Positions 20,453-31,998 of a stretch of DNA of 64,000 nt are shown one piece after another; position 1 is the first letter of the stretch; each line of letters begins with the position of its first letter. The stretch lies in NCBI GenBank assembly GCA_000002445.1, contig CP000070.1:96001-160000 (forward strand), in the 5' to 3' direction. Position numbers and translations under genes: made by a program. The notes beneath the pieces are model-generated. The model searched no databases and was not told the DNA's origin. It saw nothing but the letters and a program-made list of their open reading frames with translations. This DNA comes from Trypanosoma brucei. Lineage: Eukaryota.

Positions 20453-20993
20453 CCCATGCTACAAAACAGAAAGGCAACAAGAATATTATCAGCTCTGCGA
20501 AAGAAGAGGGATACAGAGTAACTATTGAGTCGAGCGTGCGCGTATTTTGAGGGAAGTTTGATGTGATGGGGCACAGCACATCGATGAAGCACTCTGATGA
20601 GATTTTTAAAGAAAAAGAAAAGAGTAGAGGCAGGGCGACTTGTGGACGAGGGCTCATTTCAAAACTTCAGTAGTTTAGTCTATCATCATAGTGAAGCGAC
20701 CAGACACACTTCTGCAGGTGCATATAGGAGGAACAGTATGAGAAAAAGAGAGGGGATTCTATGCATCGCTTCGAAAAAGGGTTTTAAAAAAAATCACCCT
20801 GTATGTCCCTGTTTAATGTGTCCATCCACCTGATTCTCAATATATTTTATATTCCCTCCACTCTTCTCACTTACAGTTACCTCTTTCATTTAACCTGCAT
20901 TCGGCCACAGTGAGAAAACCCAAAACTTTGTGTCCCTCACCTTGTTTTAAAGCGTCCCCTCTCGTCACAATCCTCACCACAACGCCACTCACA

Positions 20994-21587
20994 TTATTTC
21001 TCTGAGGTTTCCTTCTTGTTATCTTTCGCCCGTTTGTTCTTCAGGTCGTAGTTGTACACCCGTGAAATATTGATCTGCAGGTTGGTTATTTGTTCCTGCA
21101 GCCACGCAAGGTCCTCTTTGGTATTACGCATATTGACCTCCGCGTTGCTGAGGTTCTTCTTAAGTAACGCTGATGCTTCTTCGAAGGTGTACTCAACCAT
21201 CACTTTGGCACCCATCCACAAATGAACAGTCTTCTGTGGCCTTACAATGGCTTCACCGAAGACAGAATCCGTAAGACAGTAATAAGAGCGAATACCGGCC
21301 CTTTTCCCGTCTTCCTCCTGTTGCTCTGCCTCCTCTAGCTGCTTCTGCAGAAACTCCAGTGAGTTTAGGGTTTTCTTAATAGTCGGTATTTTGTAATCAA
21401 GATTGGCAAGGCTGCTCACAAGGCGCTTTTCCATGTGCTCGTATTTTGAAGACTCCATCAGTAAGTTACTGATGACCGTGTCAGCGCCACCGCCATTGCT
21501 GACGTAAGCAGCAACGTCCGGTATGTACGCAATGCGCGGGATATTACGTGGATTCACGTAGTCCTCGGGAAATTCGTACTTTTCCAT
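20994..21587 (-). CDS. PFD3: Prefoldin subunit 3, a VBP1-like alpha-class prefoldin, 197 aa.
   Basis: The segment VHLWMGAKVMVEYTFEEASALLKKNLSNAE...RVYNYDLKNKR matches the conserved prefoldin-3 core V-x-LWLGANVMLEY...RVYNWDV. Coiled-coil segments flank it. Confidence 0.8.
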   Translation of the reverse strand: MEKYEFPEDYVNPRNIPRIAYIPDVAAYVSNGGGADTVISNLLMESSKYEHMEKRLVSSLANLDYKIPTIKKTLNSLEFLQKQLEEAEQQEEDGKRAGIRSYYCLTDSVFGEAIVRPQKTVHLWMGAKVMVEYTFEEASALLKKNLSNAEVNMRNTKEDLAWLQEQITNLQINISRVYNYDLKNKRAKDNKKETSEK

Positions 21588-22593
21588 TACCTTCTTATCT
21601 GTTGACCCGTATTACCTTAAGAAACGCGAATGAGAGAATGAAGGAGAATACTAACAGCATGGGTGCCTGTTCACTATTAAGAGAAACCTTGGTTTTAACT
21701 ATTACGTTCCACTTACCCACAGGTACAGAAACAGGCATATATGTATTCGTATTCGCGACAATTTTTGTCCCTCCGCTCCCGCCAGCGCTATTCACAAGCA
21801 CACACACGCGCCTCCATTTTGAGTTTTCTTTTTTTTTTTCCTGCCGACAGCTGCCTCACTTCACTCGCCGCCCCCCCCCCCATAAAGTTATCTCTCACTT
21901 GGTACGTCAAAATGCGAGATATGGTTGGGCATGCATTTCCATCAATGCCACGTAAGGAAGGACAGCACTTGTATATTTCGGTTCCAAACGAGAATATACA
22001 CCTCTTCATGCCTGGAAAAACAATCAACGTGATAACACAACCCTCACAAGTGGTGAACGATAACCATTCCGGAACCCCAACTCCTGCTATTTCCTTTTAT
22101 CCCTTCCACAAGTATAAACCATTATATACAAATATTTATGTGTGTATTTGCATGTAGCCGAAAGCACGGATGACAAAAAGTTTCTCCCGTGGTCCATTAC
22201 ATTTCTTCCTTCACCTTTCAGTGTTTCACAATCACTGATAGTGTTTTAACCTTATACGCGTACGCTTTATTCTGTCGTCAATTTGATTAGGATCGCTTCT
22301 GCAAGGGATGAAAACGTGAGAATGGGGTGAGGCATTTGAAAGTCTAATGCAAATGCGTGTTTTCCCCATCTGTAGTAACTACAAGCACACAATCACAACT
22401 TTCAGGCGTATTGAGATATGACAGCCAATACAACCAAATGACATCCCGAGTGCTTGACGGCACGCCTGCTTGTAATACAAATCGCTTCTGACAGAGAACG
22501 CGGCTTTAAAAAAAAAAAAAGACGATGAGCTCCTTCGGGCACACGAATCTTCCTATTTTGCTTTCAAGCCTCATGCGCTGTCATTGCCATTTG

Positions 22594-24642
22594 TTACACT
22601 GAACTGGCCAATGGCATTACTCGAAGTAGCAGATACGGACGGACCTCATTGTTAAACTCACTACTCTGTAGCCACGACAATTCAGGTGGTGAAAGAAACA
22701 AAACCAAGCGACCTTCATATGCCTCTTGCAACAACTCAATCGCCCCACGATGAACATCAAGCGTTCCTTTTCCACGCTTCACGAAGTAACCCTTTTTTCG
22801 TGCGTAACTCTCACACAACTCATAGGGGGACCACACATTTGGTGCACCGCATGGACCGTGTCTCCTACTGCTTTTCTCATCATCATCATCATCGTCGTAA
22901 TAATCGCTTCTGGATAAACCGTATAAACGTTCGAGGTGCAGATGAGTTGCCAAATACGCCACGCCGCTTTGAGGGTCACGGGTTTGAGCTATTTGGTGCG
23001 TACCAAAAACGGCCTGTAAGGGACGTGGGAGACCAAAGACGGGAAAGGCGAGACCTGGAGAGTCAATAAGCACTACATTTTCCGATGGAATAGGGATCGT
23101 TTGCAGGTGTTTGGTGTGACCTGCTGTAGATGACACTGAAACCACCTTCGTTCCGCGAATGCAGTTGAGCAGACTTGACTTTCCAACATTTGGATGTCCG
23201 ACAAAACCAATCCGTATGTATTCGTCCTCCTCATCCTCTTCGTTGCCCCTTTCCCTGTCACATTTGTGAACAGTAACACTTGTATTTCCACTTCCCGCAC
23301 TTCGCCGCGAAAGGCCGATGTCACGGCATTGTTGCAGTAGCGAAGAAATCATGTTTGACACAATTTGCAGCTCTTTGTGATCTCGTCTGTCACGTTGAAG
23401 CTCCCGCTCCGCCTTTCGCATGCCTCTAAAGTTGTCTGTCTCCGCATACGACTCATCGTCACCACCCTTCACAATACCCTTAGCCACAGCAGCCGGAACC
23501 AACCTGCTAATCTCCTTTTCAAGGTCATCGCCATCGTCTTCTTCACCGTCGTCACTGCTATCATCTGTGCAAACTTGAAGCTTCCCCGTCCGTAGTTGCT
23601 CGTACAACTTATTACGTCGGTTTTTCTTCTTTCGCCGCTTCATTGCGTCACATGCCGTGTCGGTTCCAATTGCGGTTTCCTCCGATGGAAGGGCCGTAAA
23701 AGGGACAAGAGGAATCTCACGAACGATACCCGTGTCTGTCGCTTCTTCGTCGCTCGCTGCTACAACACCCATGGTCAGAAAGTATGATTGGAGGAATTCA
23801 CTCCATTTATTTAGTGTTTGAGGGGGCACGAGGTCAGCTTTGTTGAGTACAACGACACAAGCCTTCCTGCACTCCCGGACAATGTAATGCAGAAGTGAGA
23901 GCGGTAGGTGCACAACGGGATAGCGAGCATCGGTAACAATGATAACAACATCGCTCAGCTCAACCGTGCGCCATAGTTGCCTCCAAACATCGATATTGCG
24001 CTCATAGGAACTCACCTGTAGCTTCTGCATTTCTCCAGGGAGCGAATAATTGTCCAGAGCCCGAACATATTCCTTGAAGCGAGCCTGTTCACGAGCGTCC
24101 ACATGTGGGCCGTCGCGAAGGACATCACCTACTTCATCCACAACGTCATCTGTGTTGCTACTGTTGTTACAATCACTCATTGAGTCGCTCGCGTTGGGTT
24201 TAGACATAGGCACTCGGTCCACCGACCAGCCACGTGTTGGGATTTCAACAGAAAGGGGGATAATAGCGGCTTTGGTTGGACCCGGCATATTAAACCACGT
24301 ACCGAAAGGTATTCCCTCCGGTCCCATAAAATGGCGGTTGGCCAAACGCTCGTAGGAGAGTTTCTTCCGCTCCGCAACCTCCTCTGCAGTTTCCTTAAGA
24401 AACACACTGCGTATGCCAACGCGATCCGCACCGTATTTGTACTCCTCTTTCTCATGTTGGCTGTCACTGTTGTGTTCAGCACCACTCGAGCCCTCCTGAC
24501 GATATTTTTGTGTATTACACTCCTCAGTTGCACCATGTTCATCACGTTTTTTGCTTTCACTCTCCGTATTTTGTTGTTCCTTCTTCCGCTGGCGTTTCTC
24601 TTGCAGCTGCTTCTTCTTTTGTTTCCCGCTAAATGGTGCCAT
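22594..24642 (-). CDS. Circularly permuted GTPase of the Lsg1/GNL1 (HSR1_MMR1) family, 682 aa, probably a ribosome-biogenesis factor.
   Basis: The N-terminus MAPFSGKQKKKQLQEKRQRK resembles GNL1. The core NIDVWRQLWRTVELSDVVIIVTDARYP...VVVLNKADLV is G4-type and comes before the P-loop GFVGHPNVGKSSLLN, which is the permuted motif order. There is also an acidic insert. Confidence 0.85.
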   Translation of the reverse strand: MAPFSGKQKKKQLQEKRQRKKEQQNTESESKKRDEHGATEECNTQKYRQEGSSGAEHNSDSQHEKEEYKYGADRVGIRSVFLKETAEEVAERKKLSYERLANRHFMGPEGIPFGTWFNMPGPTKAAIIPLSVEIPTRGWSVDRVPMSKPNASDSMSDCNNSSNTDDVVDEVGDVLRDGPHVDAREQARFKEYVRALDNYSLPGEMQKLQVSSYERNIDVWRQLWRTVELSDVVIIVTDARYPVVHLPLSLLHYIVRECRKACVVVLNKADLVPPQTLNKWSEFLQSYFLTMGVVAASDEEATDTGIVREIPLVPFTALPSEETAIGTDTACDAMKRRKKKNRRNKLYEQLRTGKLQVCTDDSSDDGEEDDGDDLEKEISRLVPAAVAKGIVKGGDDESYAETDNFRGMRKAERELQRDRRDHKELQIVSNMISSLLQQCRDIGLSRRSAGSGNTSVTVHKCDRERGNEEDEEDEYIRIGFVGHPNVGKSSLLNCIRGTKVVSVSSTAGHTKHLQTIPIPSENVVLIDSPGLAFPVFGLPRPLQAVFGTHQIAQTRDPQSGVAYLATHLHLERLYGLSRSDYYDDDDDDEKSSRRHGPCGAPNVWSPYELCESYARKKGYFVKRGKGTLDVHRGAIELLQEAYEGRLVLFLSPPELSWLQSSEFNNEVRPYLLLRVMPLASSV

Positions 24643-25220
24643 CTTCGACTTGGTGTAAGCTATTTCCTGTGTTCCTGCTGCCGTTACGAGTTATTACTTC
24701 TTCGCTCCACCTTCTTTCCTTCACCTTATGTTTACTCCTGCGCCTTACTTCAGTAACAAACGACTCAGATTGTCTCCCCTTCACTGTCGTGAAAAAAAAA
24801 AAAAACGGTTCCCCTAAGCAACATATATGCAAATAATAGAGCAAGAAGAGAAAGTGTGTTGACACGAAGTCAAAATTAGCGGAGAAAAAACTTTAAAATA
24901 GCTGTACAATTCCCTTTCCCCTTCCCAAAGAAAAAGAAATGCTTCGTGTCATGTGGTGCCCGCCCTTCCGCCCGCTCCATCGTTAAGTTACACAGAAACA
25001 CCCTCCGACCATTACAGTCACGGCAGCAAACAAACAACATTCAACGGAACAGGAAGTGTTAATAAGAGACGCCCAAACAACCGTTGCTACGTCCTCTCTC
25101 AGCAGTGGGGACAATAATTAGCAACGTGTTTCAGCTCACACTTGCCAACGAACAAGTAACGCTTTTGCTGCTTAGCGAAGAAGCACAACAAAACACCAGC
25201 CATGTACTCGCTGTAATACT

Positions 25221-26627
25221 TCAGTACAGAAGAGAGGAGAGGCGCAACCGGGCCTCTTGACTTTTTGGATCATCGTGAAACAGTTGCAACACACCCAGTA
25301 GACATGTTTTAACCTGACGGACACGCTTGGCACTGAGGCATTCCTCTTTATTCGAACCCTGTGCCCGCCGTGCCTGTGGAATGTATAACTTCAGTAGGTT
25401 AAACATTTCCTCAACTTCTGAACTGGGATACCGCTCCGGTACTAAGCGGGCGTCTACCAATTCGTCAATCCAACGAAGAAGCTTTGCAACATGCGCCTCG
25501 CCACCGCTTTCACTTTCCAATTTCCGCTCCAAGTGCAGCTCAGCACGAAGAACCAACGCCTCACACAACGATATGAGCCGCTTAACAGTGTTGTCACCCA
25601 ATGCAGGTTCAAAGTCTCGCTGAATAGCCTTTACTGCGAAGAGGACATTTTCTGCCGATATGTTGCCAATCGTTGCGTGAACACGCGCCAAAAACAATGC
25701 CTCCAGCCCCGATAATACCGCAGTAGCGCTATATTGTGAAGATTTGTAATACCGCTCCATCATTTCAGCTTCTCCAAGTCGCCGCACATCCACGCCAAGT
25801 TCCCTGCGAAGCTCCTGCAGCTCATCGAAGGCCTTTTTCTTGGCTTGTTGAATGGTTTTGCGTAGACCGTCCAGTTTCTCGCTTTCCTCCGGAAGTCGAA
25901 TGCACTCGGTACCGAGAAGCGCCGCCATAATTTGGTTCTGAAGGTATTGAGTAGAAGCACCGTGAAGAAGGTCTGCGCCTGCCGCAGCCGGTAAAGGGTT
26001 TTGTTTGTTAGGGGAACCTCCCATCAAGTCAACGTTCAACTGCTGTTGATAATGGTCCAAAAACTTGCGCAAGATGCCTTCGAGTCGAGTCTCAGTCACC
26101 TGGCCAGTGACCTTGTCAATTATTGTGCCCTGCATAATGAAGTACGTAATGGGCAACTTGGCACGCTCAACAGAAAAAGCGGACGCGAGGTTCCGGTTCT
26201 CGTCGGCGTTAATTGTGCAAAGTTTCAACCATGCCCGCTGCATTGATGCTTCTGTACCCTCTCCATTCTTACCCCCACATGCCTGCTCGTTCAGTCGATC
26301 AACCAGACGCTCCGTGTGAGCCAAATAAGCGTTGCAGCCACTGCTATCTGGCCTGTAGTATACAAGGCAAATAGCCTGTTGGGACTGAATAACTTCCCTC
26401 TCAAAAGAAGAAGCGTCAGTTTTGTACGCAATGCTCCGGGACGAAACACAAATGGGATTTCTTCCCATAATCTGTGCGCAGCGACTGCCTGATATGGAGC
26501 ATCTGATAAACCTATACGAGTATGTGCCAGAACAATGCGAGCCGCAAGCGCCGCCGAGGGCAGAAAGCCTAAAACCTGCTACCAAGTGACGGCGTCGTGG
26601 AGCAGACAACATATAAGCTTCACCCAC
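25221..26627 (-). CDS. Hypothetical protein of 468 aa with an N-terminal thioredoxin-like fold lacking the canonical CxxC (it has SGC) and a helical C-terminal half. The true start is possibly an internal Met.
   Basis: The segment FEREVIQSQQAICLVYYRPDSSGCNAYLAHTERLVDRLNE...PITYFIMQGTIIDKV resembles a thioredoxin-fold arrangement. Confidence 0.45.
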   Translation of the reverse strand: MGEAYMLSAPRRRHLVAGFRLSALGGACGSHCSGTYSYRFIRCSISGSRCAQIMGRNPICVSSRSIAYKTDASSFEREVIQSQQAICLVYYRPDSSGCNAYLAHTERLVDRLNEQACGGKNGEGTEASMQRAWLKLCTINADENRNLASAFSVERAKLPITYFIMQGTIIDKVTGQVTETRLEGILRKFLDHYQQQLNVDLMGGSPNKQNPLPAAAGADLLHGASTQYLQNQIMAALLGTECIRLPEESEKLDGLRKTIQQAKKKAFDELQELRRELGVDVRRLGEAEMMERYYKSSQYSATAVLSGLEALFLARVHATIGNISAENVLFAVKAIQRDFEPALGDNTVKRLISLCEALVLRAELHLERKLESESGGEAHVAKLLRWIDELVDARLVPERYPSSEVEEMFNLLKLYIPQARRAQGSNKEECLSAKRVRQVKTCLLGVLQLFHDDPKSQEARLRLSSLLY

Positions 26628-27399
26628 TATAAGGCATTTAAGAAAAAATACATATGAATAACAATGTTCGAAAGTAAGCCAATTCGCCAGCTACGAGAGA
26701 GGGAGAACGCGTGTTGACTGGAAATGTCACAGGATCAATGAAAAATGAGGGGAAGGTACGAGTAATCACACTACAAACGAGTCAACATATACAAAAGTAG
26801 AAACCACCGACATCATTTCCCCCCCCCATCGTCCACCCTTTTCTTGTTGCCGCTCATCATATTCATGGTCAATGAGATACTGAACACAATCGTCAACACG
26901 ACGAAAGCGTAAAAGAAGCTAAAGATTGAGCGAACAAGTCACGACAAATGCGGTTGGGTACGCTATAACGGTCGCTGCTGTAAAGACAACTGCGGCAGTT
27001 GTTCGCTTTGGTGCGGGTAAATCAGGAGGGAACGAAACTAAGAGAACGCTGAGTAGAGTCGACACAAATGACGGCGGTTACTGCAACCGATCGGAGGAAT
27101 CCGGTGCGGGTTAATTCTGCTAAGCCGAAGTGACTTCGACTATCGCCCTGGTTGTTGAGGATGACAATTACTGGAAGCCTCCTCGAGTACTTAACGATTT
27201 TGCTCTTGTTACCCTCTCTCCTCGAGGGAATATGCAATCGGCTGTGCGTGCTTAAACAAGAGCGTACGTAAAGACGGATATGTGGATTTTCCCATGAGGA
27301 ACCGCCCCCAAACGGAACAGTACGTAATGTATTATTTCCTTTTCCCTCTTCTCCATCAAGAGATGGCAGCCATCGCACCGATTTCGCATCTCATGTGGT

Positions 27400-29001
27400 T
27401 TAGAGCCAGTCCTTTTCGGACTCACCCCGAACGCATTTGGCTATCGGAAACCGCGGCACATCCTGTGACGAAAGTTCCTGATACTGAACTGTTAAATACT
27501 TACCTAGTAGACGGTCTCTTTCGGCCCATAGTTCCAACCGCCGCTTTGTTGTAGTCTTTGGTGTTGCATTGAAGCGAATCCCAGTTGATGTTTCACACAC
27601 AAACGCGCCGAGACCACCCTCAAACTTGCCATTGCCCGGAAGAAAGTCGACAATGCGGTACTCCGCATCATGCATGTACTTATACTTAAGAAGACCGAGA
27701 CTTCGTTTGCCATGTTCGTAAGGAAACTTTGGTCTACGAATGATTACCCCTTCATAACCTTGCGAACACGCCTTCTCCAATACACTCTCCACCTCATCTG
27801 GACTCACAAGTGTGGCGGGGACGTGGTAGAGTTTTGGTATCTTTTTCCTGCTCGACAATTCCTCCTTTTCAAGCTGATGGTTTCGCCTTCCGTTTGGTTT
27901 CATCGTATCAAAAACACGATCTGCGCCACTGTGAGGTATGAGTTCCTTCAGTAAACGGTAGCGTTCGCTAAAAGGGGCGTCCGGCGATGAGAGCTGATCT
28001 GAAGCCATGATGTCAAATGCAAAATATTCTAGGAGTTTCGCCTGTTTCCTCCGCGTTGTTTGTGTCGTAAACTTTTCCAAACGGCGCACAAGCCCACTAA
28101 GCCTCTCGAAACCGCAGTGTGGAGCAAACAGCTCCCCATCTAACAACAAAGATGGATCTGCCTTGAACAGCGGCATAGCGTGTGGCACCAAACCATGGCA
28201 ACACTCAAGAAGAATCCCACTCCGCGAAAAAAACTGCAATTTCTTTTGGGATTTATTGTAACCAATTAAACAGCGAATTCCATCTATCTTTGGTGAAACC
28301 AGAAGTGATTCCTGCTCCTCCGTGTCAGCCGGATGAAGTAGTTCCTCAGCAACTAGCTCCCATCTTTGTGCAAGCATGGGAAGAATGTTACGTCCCTCCC
28401 ACTCGGGGTTGCTGTGCAGAACACTTTTATAATTTGTGTGAGTCATTCGTGGTGCTCTCAAACTGTTCACATCCTCCAGCTCCAGATCCTCCTCATTTGT
28501 AGCATCCGTTGGTGAAGTTGTTATCCCCACATCTGTGTTATCTCCCTCGCTCATCTTGCCATTAATTCTTTCCGGACCTTCATTTCTAGTTGAACTGATC
28601 CGCCGCTGCTCTTTTCCGCACAATGGACACGTCCCATGCTGGTCAATAAATCTCGCAATACTCATCTCAAACTCCTGAAGGCACTGGCTGCAACGCCACA
28701 CCGCCGACTTTACACATGTCGGGGCCACGTGATGTGGAGTTAACATGACGGTTCCCCACGATGGACCCACCCAACAGGCTGCAAGATGGGGAAAAGCACT
28801 TTCAATGGTGGTATTTTTCATTGCGTGATACCGCTCCACCTGCTCTGGTGTACGCGGCCTCCCAACACCAAAAAAAAGCGAAGGATCCTTCGGAAGAGTT
28901 GTGAGCTGCGGACGCCGCCATAAATTAGAAATCCGCCACATGTCTAAAGGCGATGAGGTGACAAAAAAGGGAGGAGGGATTTCGAAAAGGTGTTTAAACA
29001 C
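27400..29001 (-). CDS. LIGk: ATP-dependent DNA ligase of the kinetoplastid mitochondrial (LIG k) type, 533 aa.
   Basis: Adenylation motif I is SPKIDGIRCLIGY (KxDG). Motif V is GYEGVIIRRP. The conserved C-terminus reads LTVQYQELSSQDVPRFPIAKCVR. The N-terminus has a zinc ribbon WRCSQC...CPLCGK. It is paralogous to the adjacent gene. Confidence 0.85.
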   Translation of the reverse strand: MFKHLFEIPPPFFVTSSPLDMWRISNLWRRPQLTTLPKDPSLFFGVGRPRTPEQVERYHAMKNTTIESAFPHLAACWVGPSWGTVMLTPHHVAPTCVKSAVWRCSQCLQEFEMSIARFIDQHGTCPLCGKEQRRISSTRNEGPERINGKMSEGDNTDVGITTSPTDATNEEDLELEDVNSLRAPRMTHTNYKSVLHSNPEWEGRNILPMLAQRWELVAEELLHPADTEEQESLLVSPKIDGIRCLIGYNKSQKKLQFFSRSGILLECCHGLVPHAMPLFKADPSLLLDGELFAPHCGFERLSGLVRRLEKFTTQTTRRKQAKLLEYFAFDIMASDQLSSPDAPFSERYRLLKELIPHSGADRVFDTMKPNGRRNHQLEKEELSSRKKIPKLYHVPATLVSPDEVESVLEKACSQGYEGVIIRRPKFPYEHGKRSLGLLKYKYMHDAEYRIVDFLPGNGKFEGGLGAFVCETSTGIRFNATPKTTTKRRLELWAERDRLLGKYLTVQYQELSSQDVPRFPIAKCVRGESEKDWL

Positions 29002-29104
29002 CCTTCACTCCCCCAACCACCACGCAATCCGTCACGTATATCTATAAACGCCCCCGTTGCTTTGCGGGGTTATGCGCTTCAGAAGAAAATAATTATTATT
29101 ATTG

Positions 29105-29160
29105 TTATAGAAATGAGAAGGGGAAAGGGGAAAGAAGAAAGAAGGAAAGCAAGAAATGAT
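29105..29160 (-). promoter_or_regulatory. Polypyrimidine tract on the coding strand upstream of the ligase gene, a candidate splice-acceptor region.
   Basis: The + strand purine run gaaatgagaaggggaaaggggaaagaagaaagaaggaaagcaagaaatg lies 100-160 nt upstream of ATG 29001. Confidence 0.4.
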
Positions 29161-30092
29161 ATATTTGAAATATACTCCGTGTTTACACCCGCATGCAACT
29201 AGTCATTTCAGTTGATTTCGTTGTTGTATTGACCTACGCACTTTGGCAGTAAAGCCCCCTCGGAAGAAAATTTCTTTTTCTCCGTTGGTAGGAAAAAAAA
29301 GATGAGCAGGAAGGTACAAATAATAAAAAGTGGTACAAATATAACATAACTTAATAATAATGATAAAAAAGAAAAAGAGAAACAGTTGCTTCGGACTGTT
29401 AGAAAAAGTAACGTGCCGAGCACTCAATAATTTCTCTACCACTTCCGCACACAGTCACACAACAAACATATATGAAAAACCTTAGTGAAACGAATTGCGG
29501 TGCACAACCACAATGTCTTCAAAAGTCAACACATATAGTTTGGTCCACCGTGTAAACTTCTCTTCCCAATAATCTCGGCTCTCAAAATACCAATTAATAA
29601 TTGCATACGCTAAATTTTTCCCTTTAGCTGTCATTCCCTCTGTTGTCGTCCCTTCTTCGTTTGTTTTTTAAATTATGCTGCACAACTCCTGCTGCCATTT
29701 GTGAAGAAAAGAAAAACATATGAAGAGTGTGGCCAAACAACTTTCACTCGTGAGACAAAAACATGTGGGAATGACTGCAGGGGAATGAGATCATAGAGAC
29801 AATCAGTGAGAAAGTGGTCACGGAATACGGCGCCGGATTTAATTTTTGTAGTAAAAGAAAAGAGGAAGAAAAACGAGATCATACAAGCTGGACGTCATAG
29901 TTACGCAGCTACGAATACAGACAGGTACGTGAACATCCACGCGTGTTCATGCAAGTGGGTTTTAGAAATGGTACAAAATTTAATCATCAAAATCATTTAG
30001 CCACCATCTGCAACATATCATTGAGTAGTCACGAATGCACGTGTACACCAAGAAACACCCATTAAGTGAATGTATGAAACAACATACTGCTG

Positions 30093-31541
30093 TTAAACCC
30101 AATCACTACCAGTCTTTGTGCCTCGTACGCACTTCCCAATAGGAAACCGTGGGACACCATTTGTTGAAAGCTCTTGATACTGCACAGTGAGCATTTTCCC
30201 CTTGTACACATTCAGTCGATGCCACATCTCACGTTTCCTCTCTTCTGTCGTCGCTGGCGCTACGGTGAAGCGGTGACCGGCACGTGTTTGACAGACGAAT
30301 GCACCCAAGCAACCGCGCCACTTTCCCTTCCCTTCCACGCCGTCAACAATAATATATTCGCTGTCTTGCATAAGTTTGTACTTCAGCAAGTTGGGCGAGC
30401 GGGCCCCATATGCGTAACCAGGCACTGCAGCTGAGGCGCCACCACTACTCGAAACAGAAGTCATGCATTTATTGTCCTCAATACCATTACGGCGAATCAT
30501 GATACCTTCATACCCTCGATCAACATTGAGTCTCAGCAGACGGTCTATATCCGATTTTTTTGCCGACATGACGGGAACTAATTTGACTACTTTTCTGCGG
30601 CCCTGTCCCTTTCCGGAGTTGATCTTTTGCATCAAGTCACAAAGATGTTTGTAGCGCTGTCCAAAGGGCACTACCGTCATGTGAGGAAATTCTTTTGCGT
30701 AAAGAAGATCGAATACATGATATTGCAACTGCTGCTGCACCTTCTCAATTCCCGCTGTGCGGTGTTGCCTCGTTGTTCGTATGGCTGATGTCAGCTGTTC
30801 AAAGTCACTTGCATCATGATTGTACAATTCACCATCTAACACTAACATATTGTCCTTTTCGAATAGAGGTCGCAGCTGCGGTTCAATGTGATCACAACAA
30901 TCAAATAACATCCCGGAACGGCTAAAGAAACTCAAGCACCTATCTCTCAAATTCCACGCAACGACACAGCGTACGCCGTCGAGTTTGGGGGAGACAAAAA
31001 GCTGTTCATCATTTGATATCCTTTTAACCTCTTTATCATAATTGCGCGCCAGCATTGGAAGAAGGTTTCGTGTTTCCGATACACGCAGGTATCCGTTATC
31101 GGCAATACTATTCTTTACCCTACTAGCATTCGGTGCATCGAGTATTGCGAGAGAATTATCGGGTCTACAACGATGTTTAACTGTTGCTGCTAATGTGTTG
31201 TCTGACGTTCTGGAACTACTGGCGCTTCTTTTTCTTGAACACGTCAATGTTGGCATGCGGGAACACTTCGGGCAGGCACCACCGGCAGCCACGTGGAGGT
31301 CAATACGTTTCGGGTGTTGATGCTCACAATAAGGACAGCGCCACCACGCTAGTTTACGGCTAGAAGGCAACACATGTTGGGGTTGCAGTAACTTATTGCA
31401 GGCAGCTGTGATCCACGTTTGCGCAATGGTGGGGTGAAACTGTGCCAAGTTTTTCGCCAATGATGCGCTGCGGGAGGAGCGGGAGAGGAAGGGCACCGTG
31501 GTGGCGAAGAGTGACGACAAACATGGGCGACTAAACCGCAT
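30093..31541 (-). CDS. LIGk: Second ATP-dependent DNA ligase of LIG k type, 482 aa, a tandem paralogue of the previous gene.
   Basis: Motif I is SPKLDGVRCVVAW. Motif V is GYEGIMIRRNG. The C-terminus LTVQYQELSTNGVPRFPIGKCVR is shared with its neighbour. The N-terminus has a zinc ribbon WWRCPYC...CPKCSR. Confidence 0.85.
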   Translation of the reverse strand: MRFSRPCLSSLFATTVPFLSRSSRSASLAKNLAQFHPTIAQTWITAACNKLLQPQHVLPSSRKLAWWRCPYCEHQHPKRIDLHVAAGGACPKCSRMPTLTCSRKRSASSSRTSDNTLAATVKHRCRPDNSLAILDAPNASRVKNSIADNGYLRVSETRNLLPMLARNYDKEVKRISNDEQLFVSPKLDGVRCVVAWNLRDRCLSFFSRSGMLFDCCDHIEPQLRPLFEKDNMLVLDGELYNHDASDFEQLTSAIRTTRQHRTAGIEKVQQQLQYHVFDLLYAKEFPHMTVVPFGQRYKHLCDLMQKINSGKGQGRRKVVKLVPVMSAKKSDIDRLLRLNVDRGYEGIMIRRNGIEDNKCMTSVSSSGGASAAVPGYAYGARSPNLLKYKLMQDSEYIIVDGVEGKGKWRGCLGAFVCQTRAGHRFTVAPATTEERKREMWHRLNVYKGKMLTVQYQELSTNGVPRFPIGKCVRGTKTGSDWV

Positions 31542-31998
31542 TATTCACTATCCATATATTAATGTATAAATGTACGCGCTTGTACAGTGCCTCTGTCTTT
31601 GAAGCTATGAGATGTGCTGTCGCTTAGTCCCCCTGCGTTGCTGTTATAACAGCTATTCGATTCAATTGTCTTTCTTTACTTTCCGGTCCTTAGATGTATA
31701 CGGCGCTCGTCGATATATCCAGCAGATTCCGCTCAGTTGGATAAGTAAGTGGTCTTATAAGACCCTGGTAGAAGCCTACCTTTCCCTGGAAATGAGAATA
31801 TCCACATTATTGAACCCCAACACGGGAGTTGGTTATGCAAGCCGAGAGAAAAGGATGGCGAAGAGGAAAGCAAAAATAAATAAATAAGGTGCCTTGGTGC
31901 AGTGCGGCTCGGTAAGTTGCGCCTCGATAGTCGCTCATACTACATTTTGATTCAAACAGAAAGGAAGGGAAGGCGTTAGACGACATTGGTATAAATAA

